DNA of 27,243 bases from Myxococcota bacterium (GCA_036149055.1 JAYZQJ010000242.1:1-27243); one strand, 5' to 3'. Numbered from the stretch's first letter, positions 16,491 through 26,020 are shown. Notes: generated by a model from the letters alone, not told the origin. Made by a program: numbers and translations.

Positions 16491-17627
16491 TCACGCCGCC
16501 TCTTTGATCGCCACGGCGACCAGGGTCTGGTTGATGTGCAGCCCGTTGAGCTGCTCTCCGTAGGTGTCGAAGCCGATCATCGCGCCGGCCGTCTCCTCCA
16601 CGACCTTGCCGAGGGCGTCGAAGGCGTCCGCGCCCTTGGCCTCGAGCGCGCGGAGGATGCAGTTGAAGCCGACCACGAAGTCGGCCTTGCCGAGGTCCTC
16701 GCGCAGGGCGCCGAGGTCGCTGGAGAGGGAGGCGTGCATGTCGCCGTGGCCGCCCACGTCGAGCACCATGCCCTCCTCGATGGCGCAGTAGAACGTGATC
16801 GAGCCGTCGTCGTTCACCTTCTGGATGCTGCGCACGTAGAGCTCGCCGTTGCAGGCGAAGGTGACCGGGTTGAGGAAGGTGACGTCGCCCGTGACCTCCT
16901 CGGGCGTCTTGCCGAGCGCTCGCGCGTAGGCCTCGATGGCGGGGTAACCGTCCATCTCGATCACGGTGCGGGTCGCCGGGTCCGCCTTGGTGATGCAGAG
17001 CATCTCCGGGGTCCGGGTGAAGTGCTGGTGCTTGACGATGCGCACCTCGGTGTCGCCCTTGTCGGCGAGCACGACGACGGCGGCGTCGGTGAGCGCGCCC
17101 TCGCTGGTGAGCACGCGGGTCTCGGTGAAGGCGAGGTCGTCTCCGGCCGAGCCGCCGGCGAGCGGCACGCCCTCGAGCGCCTCGGCGAGCTGCGCGCTCA
17201 CCTTCTCCTCGGTCATCGAGAGGCCGTCGATCATCAGCAGGCTGAAGTACCTGGACGCGTCGAGGGTCTCCCGGTCGGCGCCGACCGCCTCGAAGAGGGC
17301 GTCGCTGACCCGCTGGGCGTCCTCCTCGCCGAAGGCCTTCAGGTCGTGGACCACCTGGGCGGTCCAGGTCATCGACGAGCCGTAGACGGCCGCGGCGACC
17401 AGCGACTCGTTCGAGTGCGCGCCTCCCATGTGCTCGCCCGCGGTCGTACAGCCGGCGATCGGGACATCGCCGAAGCGCGCGCGCAGCGCGTCGACCACCG
17501 CCTGGGCGTCCTGCTTCATCGAGCAGAACGCGAAGACGATCTGCGGCCGGTCCGGCCACCCCTCCGTCGCCTCGGCGACGGCCTCGTGGCCGTCGGTGGC
17601 GAACGATCTCCCCTGCCTCACCCTCAT
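16491..17627 (-). CDS. Stand-alone FIST-N/FIST-C sensory protein (NosP-like)
   Basis: IAGCTTAGE, LMIDGLS, PLAGGSAGD, EMDGYPA..AY, YVRSI, F.CILR.LE and GFDTYGEQ..GLHINQT, all hallmark FIST motifs. Confidence 0.92.
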   Translation of the reverse strand: MRVRQGRSFATDGHEAVAEATEGWPDRPQIVFAFCSMKQDAQAVVDALRARFGDVPIAGCTTAGEHMGGAHSNESLVAAAVYGSSMTWTAQVVHDLKAFGEEDAQRVSDALFEAVGADRETLDASRYFSLLMIDGLSMTEEKVSAQLAEALEGVPLAGGSAGDDLAFTETRVLTSEGALTDAAVVVLADKGDTEVRIVKHQHFTRTPEMLCITKADPATRTVIEMDGYPAIEAYARALGKTPEEVTGDVTFLNPVTFACNGELYVRSIQKVNDDGSITFYCAIEEGMVLDVGGHGDMHASLSSDLGALREDLGKADFVVGFNCILRALEAKGADAFDALGKVVEETAGAMIGFDTYGEQLNGLHINQTLVAVAIKEAA

Positions 17628-17654
17628 GCGATCACACCTCTCTACGAACGGTCC

Positions 17655-18143
17655 TCAGAACAACATCATCTCGCCGGCGCCGAGCGCGTCGCCCTCGACC
17701 TCCGGCGTCTGCGCGTGGACGGCCGCGTCTTCGGCGCCACGCAACTCCACCCACACCTGGAGCGTCCCGTTCGGGCCGCACAGGGAGAGCTCACGGACCT
17801 CCGGCATCGGCCGGACGCCCACCACCGCGCCGCGCATCACGACCGGCGTCGTCTGCTTGATCGTCCAGCGCCGCGCCGCGAACAGACCGAACTTCACCCG
17901 CCCCGCGGCGAGGTTGGCGAGCTCGGCCGCCCAGTCCATCACGTCGACGCCCAGGAAGGGCGCGCTGTCCATGAAGGCGCCCTTGTCGCCTCGGATCACG
18001 ATGCAGCCGCCGAGCCCACCGTCTCCGGTGAAGCCGACCAGCGCCGTGATCTCGTCCCCCGCCTCGTCCTGCGCCTCGGCGGTTCGAAACCCCGAGAACA
18101 GGGGGCGGAGGTGATCCGCCATCAGGGTATCGAGACACGCCAT
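17655..18143 (-). CDS. cheX: CheX-like phosphatase
   Basis: ALVGFTG, the catalytic E-x-x-N motif in DWAAELANLAAGRVK, and TPVVMRG; starts 2 nt after the cheY stop. Confidence 0.75.
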   Translation of the reverse strand: MACLDTLMADHLRPLFSGFRTAEAQDEAGDEITALVGFTGDGGLGGCIVIRGDKGAFMDSAPFLGVDVMDWAAELANLAAGRVKFGLFAARRWTIKQTTPVVMRGAVVGVRPMPEVRELSLCGPNGTLQVWVELRGAEDAAVHAQTPEVEGDALGAGEMMLF

Positions 18144-18145
18144 GG

Positions 18146-18505
18146 TCAGGCCGCCTTGCCCAGCTTGGTGACCGCCCCGACCAGCAGCTCCGGCTTGAAG
18201 GGCTTGACGATCCAGCCCTTGGCGCCGGCCGCGCGCGCCCGCTGGATCAGCTCGGGCTGACCCTCGGTGGTGAGCATGACGATCGGCACGCTCCCCCCGC
18301 TGGCCTTGATCTTCTCGACCATCTCGATGCCGTTCATGCGCGGCATGTTGACGTCGCAGATCACGACGCTCGGGGCGGCGGACTGGACCTTCTCGAAGCC
18401 TTCGGCTCCGTCGCACGCCTCGACCACGTCGAAGCCCGCGTTGGTGAGCGCCATGCGGACCTGCTGCCGGACGGTGCTCGAGTCGTCTACGATGAGAACC
18501 TTCAC
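18146..18505 (-). CDS. cheY: Single-domain response regulator (CheY-like)
   Basis: VLIVDDS, phospho-acceptor CDVNMP, MLTTEG and WIVKPF; GTG 18505 preceded by a GGAGG SD. Confidence 0.92.
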   Translation of the reverse strand: MKVLIVDDSSTVRQQVRMALTNAGFDVVEACDGAEGFEKVQSAAPSVVICDVNMPRMNGIEMVEKIKASGGSVPIVMLTTEGQPELIQRARAAGAKGWIVKPFKPELLVGAVTKLGKAA

Positions 18506-18566
18506 GCGTTTCCTCCATCGGGGCTCGGTGCCCCGCGGCGGATCCAACGGAGGTTTCGCGTCCGGC

Positions 18567-19529
18567 TTAACGGGGGAGGGCGCGCGCGGTGAGAAATTGG
18601 GGTACCTCACGCCGCCACGTGTCCGGATCGGCCCGGGCGCACTGCACGTGCCCGTGATCGGGGAGGAGCACGAGCCGGGCCCCCGCCGCCGCCGCCACCG
18701 CCCGCGCCTCCTCGGGGCGGGCCCGCTCGTCCCGGGCCCCGGCGATCACCAGGGTCGGCGCGCGCACCGACGCGGCCCAGCGCACCGGCTCGTTGTCGAA
18801 GCCGTCGTAGCCGTGCAGCACGCCGCCCCAGAACACCAGCAGCTCCGCGCTGGGCGTCGAGGGCAGCCCCATCAGCTCGAAGCGATGCCGCACCGTCGAG
18901 AGCAGCCGGTCGTAGGGCGCCTCGAGCACGATCGCCGCCGGCTCCACCCCGAGCTCCGCCGTCGCGCGGAGCACCGCCGCGGCCCCCATCGAGAAGCCGT
19001 AGAGCACCGGTCGTCGCGCGCCCCGGTCGCGCGCCCAGCGGACCGCGGCCACGACGTCGTGCGCCTCGCGGTGGCCGATGGTCACCGTGTCGCCGCTCGA
19101 GCCGCCCGAGCCCTCGAAGTCGATCATGCGCACCGACCAGCCCTCGTCGTGCAGGGCGCGCGCGGTGTCGAGCAGCTGGTCCTTGCTCGCGGCGTAGCCG
19201 TGGAAGACGAGCACGTCGCCGCGCGGGTCGGGCGCCGGGATCACCCACGCCTCCAGCGTCCCGCCGCGCCCGTCCTCGAAGCGCTCGGTCGTGAAGGCGA
19301 GCCCGACGTCGGCCGGCGAGCCCTCGTTGACCGGCCTCGGCACCGTCACCCCGAAGAGCGCGGCGCGCGCCTTCTCCAGGACGCCGAGCTGCTCGGGGCG
19401 CGCGGTCCGTACGCCGCCGGGGACGAACGTCGTCATCGCGCGCGCGTGCATGAAGCACACGCCGTTGTAGGCGACGAGGAGCGCCAGCGCCGCGCCCCCG
19501 CCGATCCACCCGCGTCGTCTCACCCTCAC
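18567..19529 (-). CDS. Alpha/beta-fold hydrolase with N-terminal membrane anchor
   Basis: VFHGY, nucleophile elbow GFSMG, PTLVIAGARD and a His near the C-terminus. Confidence 0.88.
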   Translation of the reverse strand: MRVRRRGWIGGGAALALLVAYNGVCFMHARAMTTFVPGGVRTARPEQLGVLEKARAALFGVTVPRPVNEGSPADVGLAFTTERFEDGRGGTLEAWVIPAPDPRGDVLVFHGYAASKDQLLDTARALHDEGWSVRMIDFEGSGGSSGDTVTIGHREAHDVVAAVRWARDRGARRPVLYGFSMGAAAVLRATAELGVEPAAIVLEAPYDRLLSTVRHRFELMGLPSTPSAELLVFWGGVLHGYDGFDNEPVRWAASVRAPTLVIAGARDERARPEEARAVAAAAGARLVLLPDHGHVQCARADPDTWRREVPQFLTARALPR

Positions 19530-19614
19530 GGCGTGGCCTGACGCGCGGCCCGCCGCACCTCATTCCCGGCGAACGGTCGTCGGAGCGGAGCGAGCCGGGC
19601 GGGGTGAGCCGGGG

Positions 19615-20865
19615 TCAGGGCTGGACGCCGAGCGGGCCGGCGATGTTCTCGGTGCCGCCGCCGAGCTCGAAGGGGCCGAGGTCGGTGATCACGCCACCGC
19701 CCTCGAAGCGCACGCGGCGGACGGCGACGTTCTCGCTCACGAGCACGAGGCCCTCGAGCGGGCCGCGGCCGACCATGACCGCCGTGTCGGGCAGCGCCGG
19801 GCCGCGGTCCTGGTAGCTCAGCTCGCCGGTCACGGTGAGCGGCATCGCCGCGTCGGGCTCGTAGCGCAGGCCCCAGATGGCGTCGCCGAAGCCGCTGACC
19901 ACGATGGCGGCGTCGTCGAAGGGAGAGGCGACGATCGCGACCGGATCCTCGACGTCGGCGATCTGCTGCACGAAGGAGACGCCGTCGTCGATGGCCGCGA
20001 CGGCGAGGCGGTTGCCGGTCGCGCTGAAGGCCGCGTTGTCGCCGAGCAGCGCGTGGCGCTCGTTGGCGGTCACCGTGAAGCCGGCGACGATCCAGTCGGC
20101 CTCGGGGAAGACGTCGCCCGCGGCGAGGGTGGCCGGCGCGGACGGATCCAGAATGCGGAGGTCGGGCCCGAGCCCGGAGGCGTCGACCGTGTCGTCGAGC
20201 AGGTCCTTGCTCGCGACCGCCGCGGTTCCGTCCCGCAGGAACGCCATCCCGTAGGCCAGCCGCCCGGGCGCCACCAGGGTGGCCGGCCCGACGGTGCCGT
20301 CGCAGCCGATCGGCGCGCGGTAGAGGCCGCCGCCCGACTCGCGGAACTGGGCGTCGCGGATCCACACCGCGTCTCCGGCCGGGTCCATCACCACGCCGGC
20401 CGCGTAGAAGTCCCCGGTGAGCGCGCGATGCACCACCGTGGGCGCGCCGCCGGCGTCCAGGGTGAAGACGCCGAGCGAGCCGTCGTCCTGGGCGACGATC
20501 CCCACCTCGCCGTCGGGCGTGAAGACGATCGGAGAGTCGGCCGCCTTGCCCATCACGAAGCGGGTGCCGGGCCGGGAGAGGGCGCCGTCGGCCGAGAGCG
20601 CGAGCACCTCGTAGCTCGGATCCCCGAAGGGGTGGGCGAGCACGACGAAGCGGGCGCGGTCGGCGGCGGCCGGCTCGCGCGGGCAGGCGGGCGCCCCCGC
20701 GTCGTCTCCTCCGGCGTCCTCCGCGCCCCCGCCCGCGTCGCGACCGGCGTCGAGCAGGGCCGCGTCGCCCGGAGGCGTGGACGCGTCCTCGGGGAGGCCG
20801 CCGTCGGGGGAGACCTCGCCGTCGCAGGCGGTGAGGAGCAAGCACAAGCAGAGAAGCCGTCGCAT
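19615..20865 (-). CDS. Lipoprotein, probable beta-propeller
   Basis: MRRLLCLCLLLTAC lipobox, DAG-rich linker and repeated blade-like motifs (IVFTPDGEVG, VMDPAGDAV, MAFLRDG, IVASPFDDA). Confidence 0.7.
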   Translation of the reverse strand: MRRLLCLCLLLTACDGEVSPDGGLPEDASTPPGDAALLDAGRDAGGGAEDAGGDDAGAPACPREPAAADRARFVVLAHPFGDPSYEVLALSADGALSRPGTRFVMGKAADSPIVFTPDGEVGIVAQDDGSLGVFTLDAGGAPTVVHRALTGDFYAAGVVMDPAGDAVWIRDAQFRESGGGLYRAPIGCDGTVGPATLVAPGRLAYGMAFLRDGTAAVASKDLLDDTVDASGLGPDLRILDPSAPATLAAGDVFPEADWIVAGFTVTANERHALLGDNAAFSATGNRLAVAAIDDGVSFVQQIADVEDPVAIVASPFDDAAIVVSGFGDAIWGLRYEPDAAMPLTVTGELSYQDRGPALPDTAVMVGRGPLEGLVLVSENVAVRRVRFEGGGVITDLGPFELGGGTENIAGPLGVQP

Positions 20866-20921
20866 CGCGCGAGCATGCCACCGTGAAACGCGCCCGCCCA
20901 TCGCCTACCCTCGGGGGCGCG

Positions 20922-23003
20922 ATGGAGAAGACCTTCTGCCGAATCTGCGAGGCCGCCTGCGGCCTGGAGGTCGAGACCGACGGGGACCGCGTCGCCGCGA
21001 TCCGGCCCGACAAGAGCCACCCGATCAGCCGCGGCTTCGTCTGCGCCAAGGGCACGCGCTTCGCGGAGGTGGCCGCGCATCCGTCACGGATCACGCGCCC
21101 GAGCGTGCGGCGCGGCGGCGCGCTCGAGCCCACGAGCTGGCCCCGGGCGATCGAGGCGGCGGCGAGCCGGCTGCGGCCCATCCTCGAGCGGCACGGGCCC
21201 CACGCGGTCGCGCTCTACATCGGCAACCCGCTCGCCTTCCACGCCCTCGGTCAGGTCGCCGCCGTCTTCTTCGGCCGCGCCCTCGGCACCCGCAACGTGT
21301 TCACCGCGGGCAGCCAGGACTGCAACAACAAGTTCGCCGCCGGGCAGCTCATGCACGGCACGCCGGTCATCCACCCCATCCCCGACTTCGAGCACGCGGA
21401 GCTCGCGTTCATGCTCGGCACGAACCCGGCGGTGAGCCAGTCGAGCTTCGTTCACCTCGAGGGCGGCGCGCTGACCTTCGACCGGCTGGTGGCCCGCGGC
21501 GGGCGCGTGGTCTGGGTCGACGTACGCCGGACCGAGAGCGCCAAGCGCTGGGGCGAGCTGGTCACGGTCCGGCCGGGCACCGACGTCTGGCTGGTGCTCG
21601 CGCTCCTCGGGCTGCTCTCCGACCGCGGCGCGGACGACGACCGCGTGGCCGGGCTCGAGACCCTGCTGGCGCTGGCCCGGGAGGTCACGCCGGAGCGCGC
21701 CGAGGCGGCGTGCGGCGTCCCGGCGGCGCGCATCCGCGAGCTCGCCCGCGAGATCGATCGGGCGAAGGGCGTGGCGTTCCACCAGTCGGTCGGCGTCAAC
21801 CAGGGGCCCTTCGGCACGCTGACCTACGTCGCCCTGCAGGCGCTGGCGCTCGTGACCGGCAACTACGACGCGCGCGGCGGATCGCTCTTCTCGCCCATCG
21901 GCGTCTGGGGCGCGCGGCTGGCCCGGGCGGTCGGGCTGTTCACGTCCCAGGCCCGCAGCCGCGTCGGCGACTTCCCGACGGTCTTCGACAGCCTGCCCGG
22001 CGGCGTGCTCGCCGACGAGATCCTCACCGAGGGGCCCGACCGGGTGCGCGCGCTCGTCGTGATCGCCGGCGATCCCATCCGCTCCATCCCCGGCTCCGCC
22101 CGGCTCGAGCGCGCGATCGCCTCGCTCGACGCGGTGGTCGCGCTCGACCTGTTCGAGTCGCGCACCGGCGCGCACGCCGACGTCATCCTGCCCGCGACCA
22201 GCTTCCTCGAGCGCGCCGATCTCGCGCTCCCCGGCCTCCCGCTCCAGACGATGGACCTGCTGCAGACCACGCCGCGCACGATCCCGCGGGTCGGCGAGGC
22301 GCGGCCCGAGCACGAGGTGCTCGCCGAGCTCAGCCTCGCGATCGACCGGCCGCTCTTCGGCAGCCGCCTCGCGTGTCACGCCCTCTCGCGCGAGGGCCTC
22401 GCGGACCGGGCGATCCCGAAGATCACCGCGCTCGCCGGTCGGCTGCTCGACGCGCCGGCCGAACACCGCGGCCACGGGATCCCGATCCCCACGCCGAAGC
22501 CCGGCACCTACCTCGGCCGCGGCGGGCCGATGACCGAAGACGGCCGGGTGCACTTCTGGCGGCCCGAGCTCGACGCCGAGCGGGAGCGGCTGCTCGCGTG
22601 GGAGAAGGCGGCGCGCCCCGACGGCTTCCTCCTCCTCGGTCGGCGCCGCCGCATCGGCCACAACTCCTGGCTGCACGGCGGCACCCGCGAGGGCGCGCCG
22701 GAGTCGGAGGCGTGGATGTGCCCCGAGGACGTCGCGCGGCTCGGGGTCGAAGACGGCGACGAGATCACCCTGCGCACCGCGACCGGCGAGCTGTCGATGC
22801 CGGTCCGCGCGAAGGTCGGCGTCGTGGCCGGCACGGTGGTCGTGCCGCACGGCGAGCTCGAGGTGAACGTGAACGAGCTGCTGCCCTCGGGCCCCGGTCA
22901 CATCGAGCCGGTCAGCGGCATGCTGCACATGACCGGCGTCCCGGTCGACGTGCGCCCCGCGGTCCGGGTGCGCCCGACCTCGCCCGATGGAGCGCGGGCC
23001 TGA
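20922..23003 (+). CDS. Molybdopterin (bis-MGD) oxidoreductase, DMSO-reductase superfamily, with N-terminal [4Fe-4S]
   Basis: TFCRICEAACG...GFVCAKG, GTNPAVS, DVRRTESA, PGTD, ADVILPATSFLER and a C-terminal dinucleotide-binding domain (GVEDGDEI...GTVVVPHG). No Tat signal. Confidence 0.92.
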   Translation: MEKTFCRICEAACGLEVETDGDRVAAIRPDKSHPISRGFVCAKGTRFAEVAAHPSRITRPSVRRGGALEPTSWPRAIEAAASRLRPILERHGPHAVALYIGNPLAFHALGQVAAVFFGRALGTRNVFTAGSQDCNNKFAAGQLMHGTPVIHPIPDFEHAELAFMLGTNPAVSQSSFVHLEGGALTFDRLVARGGRVVWVDVRRTESAKRWGELVTVRPGTDVWLVLALLGLLSDRGADDDRVAGLETLLALAREVTPERAEAACGVPAARIRELAREIDRAKGVAFHQSVGVNQGPFGTLTYVALQALALVTGNYDARGGSLFSPIGVWGARLARAVGLFTSQARSRVGDFPTVFDSLPGGVLADEILTEGPDRVRALVVIAGDPIRSIPGSARLERAIASLDAVVALDLFESRTGAHADVILPATSFLERADLALPGLPLQTMDLLQTTPRTIPRVGEARPEHEVLAELSLAIDRPLFGSRLACHALSREGLADRAIPKITALAGRLLDAPAEHRGHGIPIPTPKPGTYLGRGGPMTEDGRVHFWRPELDAERERLLAWEKAARPDGFLLLGRRRRIGHNSWLHGGTREGAPESEAWMCPEDVARLGVEDGDEITLRTATGELSMPVRAKVGVVAGTVVVPHGELEVNVNELLPSGPGHIEPVSGMLHMTGVPVDVRPAVRVRPTSPDGARA

Positions 23004-23671
23004 TGCGCGTCCTCTTCGTCGGCAACAGCTACACCTTCGGCCACGAGATGACGGAGCAGGTCGCGCGCCTCGCGGGCAGCGATCCGGGGGCGCCCGCGCT
23101 CGAGGTGGAGCGGGTGGCCGAGGGCGGCGCCACCCTGAAGAAGCACTTCGAGGAGACCGGCGCGCGCAAGCGCATCGAAGAGGGCGAGTTCACCCACGTG
23201 GTGCTCCAGGAGATGAGCACCGGCACCCTCCACGACGCCGAGGCCTACCACGTCTACGTCGGCTGCCTCGGGGAGCTGGCCAAGTCGCGCAAGGCGGAGC
23301 TGCTCCTCTTCCAGACCTGGGCTCGCAAGGAGGGGCACGAGATCTACCGGTGGCGGTGGTCGGGAAAGGGCCCGGCCAAGATGACCAAGAAGGTGGGCAA
23401 GGAGGTCGAGGCCGCGGCGACCCGGCTCGAGGCGCGGGTGGTCCCGGTGGGAGAGATCTGGGAGCTCACCCGGCAGCGGCACCCGGAGCTGAATCTCCAC
23501 GACGACGACCTCCATCACTCGTCGCCGCTCGGCGCGCACCTGACCGCGAGCGTCTTCTACGGCGCCCTCGTGGGGCGCGATCCGACGCCGGTCCCCTTCA
23601 TGCCGGAGGGCGTCGATCGGGATCACGCGCTGCTCGTGCGCGCGCTCGCGTGGGATCACCTCCGGGGCTGA
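23003..23671 (+). CDS. SGNH/GDSL-like hydrolase
   Basis: RVLFVGNSYT block I, VVLQE, FQTWAR, PVGE.W and DDLH (DxxH); TGATG overlap with the oxidoreductase stop. Confidence 0.85.
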   Translation: MRVLFVGNSYTFGHEMTEQVARLAGSDPGAPALEVERVAEGGATLKKHFEETGARKRIEEGEFTHVVLQEMSTGTLHDAEAYHVYVGCLGELAKSRKAELLLFQTWARKEGHEIYRWRWSGKGPAKMTKKVGKEVEAAATRLEARVVPVGEIWELTRQRHPELNLHDDDLHHSSPLGAHLTASVFYGALVGRDPTPVPFMPEGVDRDHALLVRALAWDHLRG

Positions 23672-23732
23672 GCGCGCTTTCGCGCAGCCGGCGTAATCGC
23701 GCCGCGGGCCCCGCCTCGGACAGGCTGCGCCC

Positions 23733-25412
23733 ATGCGCTGCGCGCTCTGCATCACCCTGCTCCTCTTCACCGCCTGCGACGGCCCCGAGGTCGACCGCCC
23801 GGACGCCGCGGCTCTCTCCGACGCGGCCGCGGACGCCGCGCTCGATGCCGGCTCGGATGGAGGAGGCGCGCCGCTCGAGGACCTCGTCATGGACGAGGAG
23901 ACGCAGCTCACCCTGACCGTGCCGGGCGGGGAGGGCGCCCGGGTGTTCGTCGAGGGGGCGCCGGCCGGCAGCGTCTTCGACGAGCCGTCGCGCGCGCTCC
24001 ACCTCGCGCCCGACTTCACCCAGAGCGGCGAGTACGTCATCCGGGTAGACGTCGTCGAGGGCGCGGCGGAGACGAGCGAGAGCTTCACGCTGACCGTGCG
24101 CGACACCATCCAGCCGCCCGATCCGGTGGTGACCGGGGAGATGGAGATCTGGGGCGCCCGCATCCTCCACCTCGAGCTGACCAGCGACGACTTCCTCGAC
24201 CCGCCGGGGCTCGCCGGGCGCACCTTCGAGGCCAACGTCGTCGTGCCCGACGCGGCGAGCGCGGAGAACCTGCTCCCGGTCTCGATCGGCCTGCACGGCT
24301 CGGGCGGCTCTCCGGGCACCGGAGGCGGCGGCCGGGAGCGCTTCAGCATCGCCCCCTCGGAGCCCTACGTGAGCTGGTGGACGGGCCAGCACGCGAGCGC
24401 GCCCGAGGAGGCGAGCGCGGGCGACGTCGTCGCGAACACCTCCCAGCGTCGCATCCTGCACCTGCTCGACTGGCTGACCCGGACCCACCCGGGCGTCGAC
24501 CGCGAGCGGGTCACGGTGAGCGGCACGTCCATGGGCGGCTCGGGCGCGGTCTTCTTCGCGATCCGCTACGGCTACCACCTCGCGGCGGTGAGCTCCGCGC
24601 TCGGCATGACCGCGCTCCCGCTCGCGAGCGAAGGGAAGCGGCGCTCCATGGAGAGCCACTGGGGGCCGGCCTCGCTCGACCTGCGCGACGACCGCGGGAT
24701 GTCGATCTGGGAGCGCTACGACCTGACGCGGGCCCTCGCCGACGACCCCTGGGTGCGCGACGTGTTCTTCACCACCGACAGCGGCGTCACCGACGGAATC
24801 GTGACCTTCCACCACATCACGAGCCCGAGCCCCCTCACCGCGGAGTCCTGGGCCGAGGCCGCGCGGCGCCTCCGGGTCGGGCACCGGATCGTGTGGGATC
24901 AGCGCGGTCACCAGACGAACGAGGGAGGCTTCGTGGGCCGCTGGGCGGGCAGCCTTCCGGCGGAGTCCGAGCTGCGCCGCGACCGCCCGTTCCCGGCCTT
25001 CGGCCGCTCGTCGATCGACGACGACCCGCCCACCTGGGACGAGGCGGCGGGCGAGTTCACCGGCGGCGATCCGCGAGGCGCGCGCAACCGCTACCTGGCC
25101 TGGGTCACCGCCGACGCCGTCGACACCCGCGCCCGGCTCGAGCTGCCGCTCTTCGTGCGCACCGAGCCGCCGGCGGAGCCCTACGCCGACGGCTACCCCG
25201 ACGTCGGCGACGGCTACCCCGGGCCGCTCCCGATCACCGCGGACGTCACCCCGCGACGCGTCCGCAACTTCCGTTGCCTCCCCGGCGAGTCGGTGCGCTG
25301 GTCCTTCGGGGAGCTGAGCGGCGAGGTCGAAGCCGCCGCGGACGGCGCGGTGACCGTCCCCGCGCTCCCCCTCGGCGCGGAGCCGGTCCCGCTGATCCTC
25401 ACGCGCGAGTGA
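23733..25412 (+). CDS. Lipoprotein with an Ig-like domain and an alpha/beta hydrolase (esterase/peptidase-like) domain
   Basis: Lipobox FTAC and a DAA linker; Ig-like segment GAPAGSVFD...PDFTQSGEYVIRV; LHGSG and a GTSMGG nucleophile elbow. Confidence 0.75.
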   Translation: MRCALCITLLLFTACDGPEVDRPDAAALSDAAADAALDAGSDGGGAPLEDLVMDEETQLTLTVPGGEGARVFVEGAPAGSVFDEPSRALHLAPDFTQSGEYVIRVDVVEGAAETSESFTLTVRDTIQPPDPVVTGEMEIWGARILHLELTSDDFLDPPGLAGRTFEANVVVPDAASAENLLPVSIGLHGSGGSPGTGGGGRERFSIAPSEPYVSWWTGQHASAPEEASAGDVVANTSQRRILHLLDWLTRTHPGVDRERVTVSGTSMGGSGAVFFAIRYGYHLAAVSSALGMTALPLASEGKRRSMESHWGPASLDLRDDRGMSIWERYDLTRALADDPWVRDVFFTTDSGVTDGIVTFHHITSPSPLTAESWAEAARRLRVGHRIVWDQRGHQTNEGGFVGRWAGSLPAESELRRDRPFPAFGRSSIDDDPPTWDEAAGEFTGGDPRGARNRYLAWVTADAVDTRARLELPLFVRTEPPAEPYADGYPDVGDGYPGPLPITADVTPRRVRNFRCLPGESVRWSFGELSGEVEAAADGAVTVPALPLGAEPVPLILTRE

Positions 25413-25424
25413 GGACGGCGCCGA

Positions 25425-25928
25425 TCAGTAGGCGCCGGCGCCGTAGATGAGCTCGTAGGAGTGGCTGTAGATCTCGACGATGTTCCCGAACGGATCCTCC
25501 ATGTAGATCATCCGGTAGGGCTTCTCGCCGGGGTAGTAGTAGCGCGGCTTCTCCATGCGCCGCTTGCCGCCGGCGGCGACGATGCGCTCGGCCAGGCCCT
25601 CCAGGTCGGGGTCCTGGACGCAGAAGTGGAAGACGCCGGTCTTCCAGTACTCGAAGTTGTCCTCCGGGTTCTCCTGGTTCCGGAACTGGAACAGCTCGAC
25701 CCCGACGCGGTCGCCCGTCGACAGGTGCGCGATCCGGAAGCGCTCCCAGCCGGGGCCGAAGACGTCGGTGCACATGCGGCCGATCGCGCTGTCGTCCTCG
25801 ACGATCTCGGTGGGCTCCATGATCACGTACCAGCCCATCACCTCGGTGTAGAAGGCGACCGCCGCTTCGAGGTCGGGGACGGAGATGCCGATGTGCGAGA
25901 ACGTGCGCGGGTAGGGCTTCGAGCTCAT
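25425..25928 (-). CDS. VOC/glyoxalase (lactoylglutathione lyase family) protein
   Basis: FSHIGISVPDL..AV.FY, GVELFQF, FHFCVQDPD and YMEDPFGNIVEIYSHSY; SD aggagg before ATG 25928. Confidence 0.9.
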   Translation of the reverse strand: MSSKPYPRTFSHIGISVPDLEAAVAFYTEVMGWYVIMEPTEIVEDDSAIGRMCTDVFGPGWERFRIAHLSTGDRVGVELFQFRNQENPEDNFEYWKTGVFHFCVQDPDLEGLAERIVAAGGKRRMEKPRYYYPGEKPYRMIYMEDPFGNIVEIYSHSYELIYGAGAY

Positions 25929-26020
25929 GCTTCCTCCTGGTGCACGCACACCTGGGGCGCGGGACCCGGCGCCGCAACCTCCGAGGGAGAGCTCGGGGCG
26001 AGGTGGCGTATCGTGGGGCG

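Noticed and set aside
16480..17559. Apparent 883-aa kinase, or a FIST-kinase fusion by frameshift
   Set aside because: The extension is an alternate frame over the FIST gene. FIST ends with its normal C-terminal motif and stop, and the kinase has its own ATG at 16479. No slippery site was seen.
14382..18505. Functional link between the FIST-Che operon and the neighbouring glt-like operon
   Set aside because: Same strand and close, but separated by an oppositely oriented GNAT; adjacency alone is not evidence without cross-genome synteny.
20777..23002. 964-aa ORF extending the SGNH hydrolase upstream
   Set aside because: Alternate frame of the Mo-oxidoreductase; the SGNH motif begins directly at ATG 23003.
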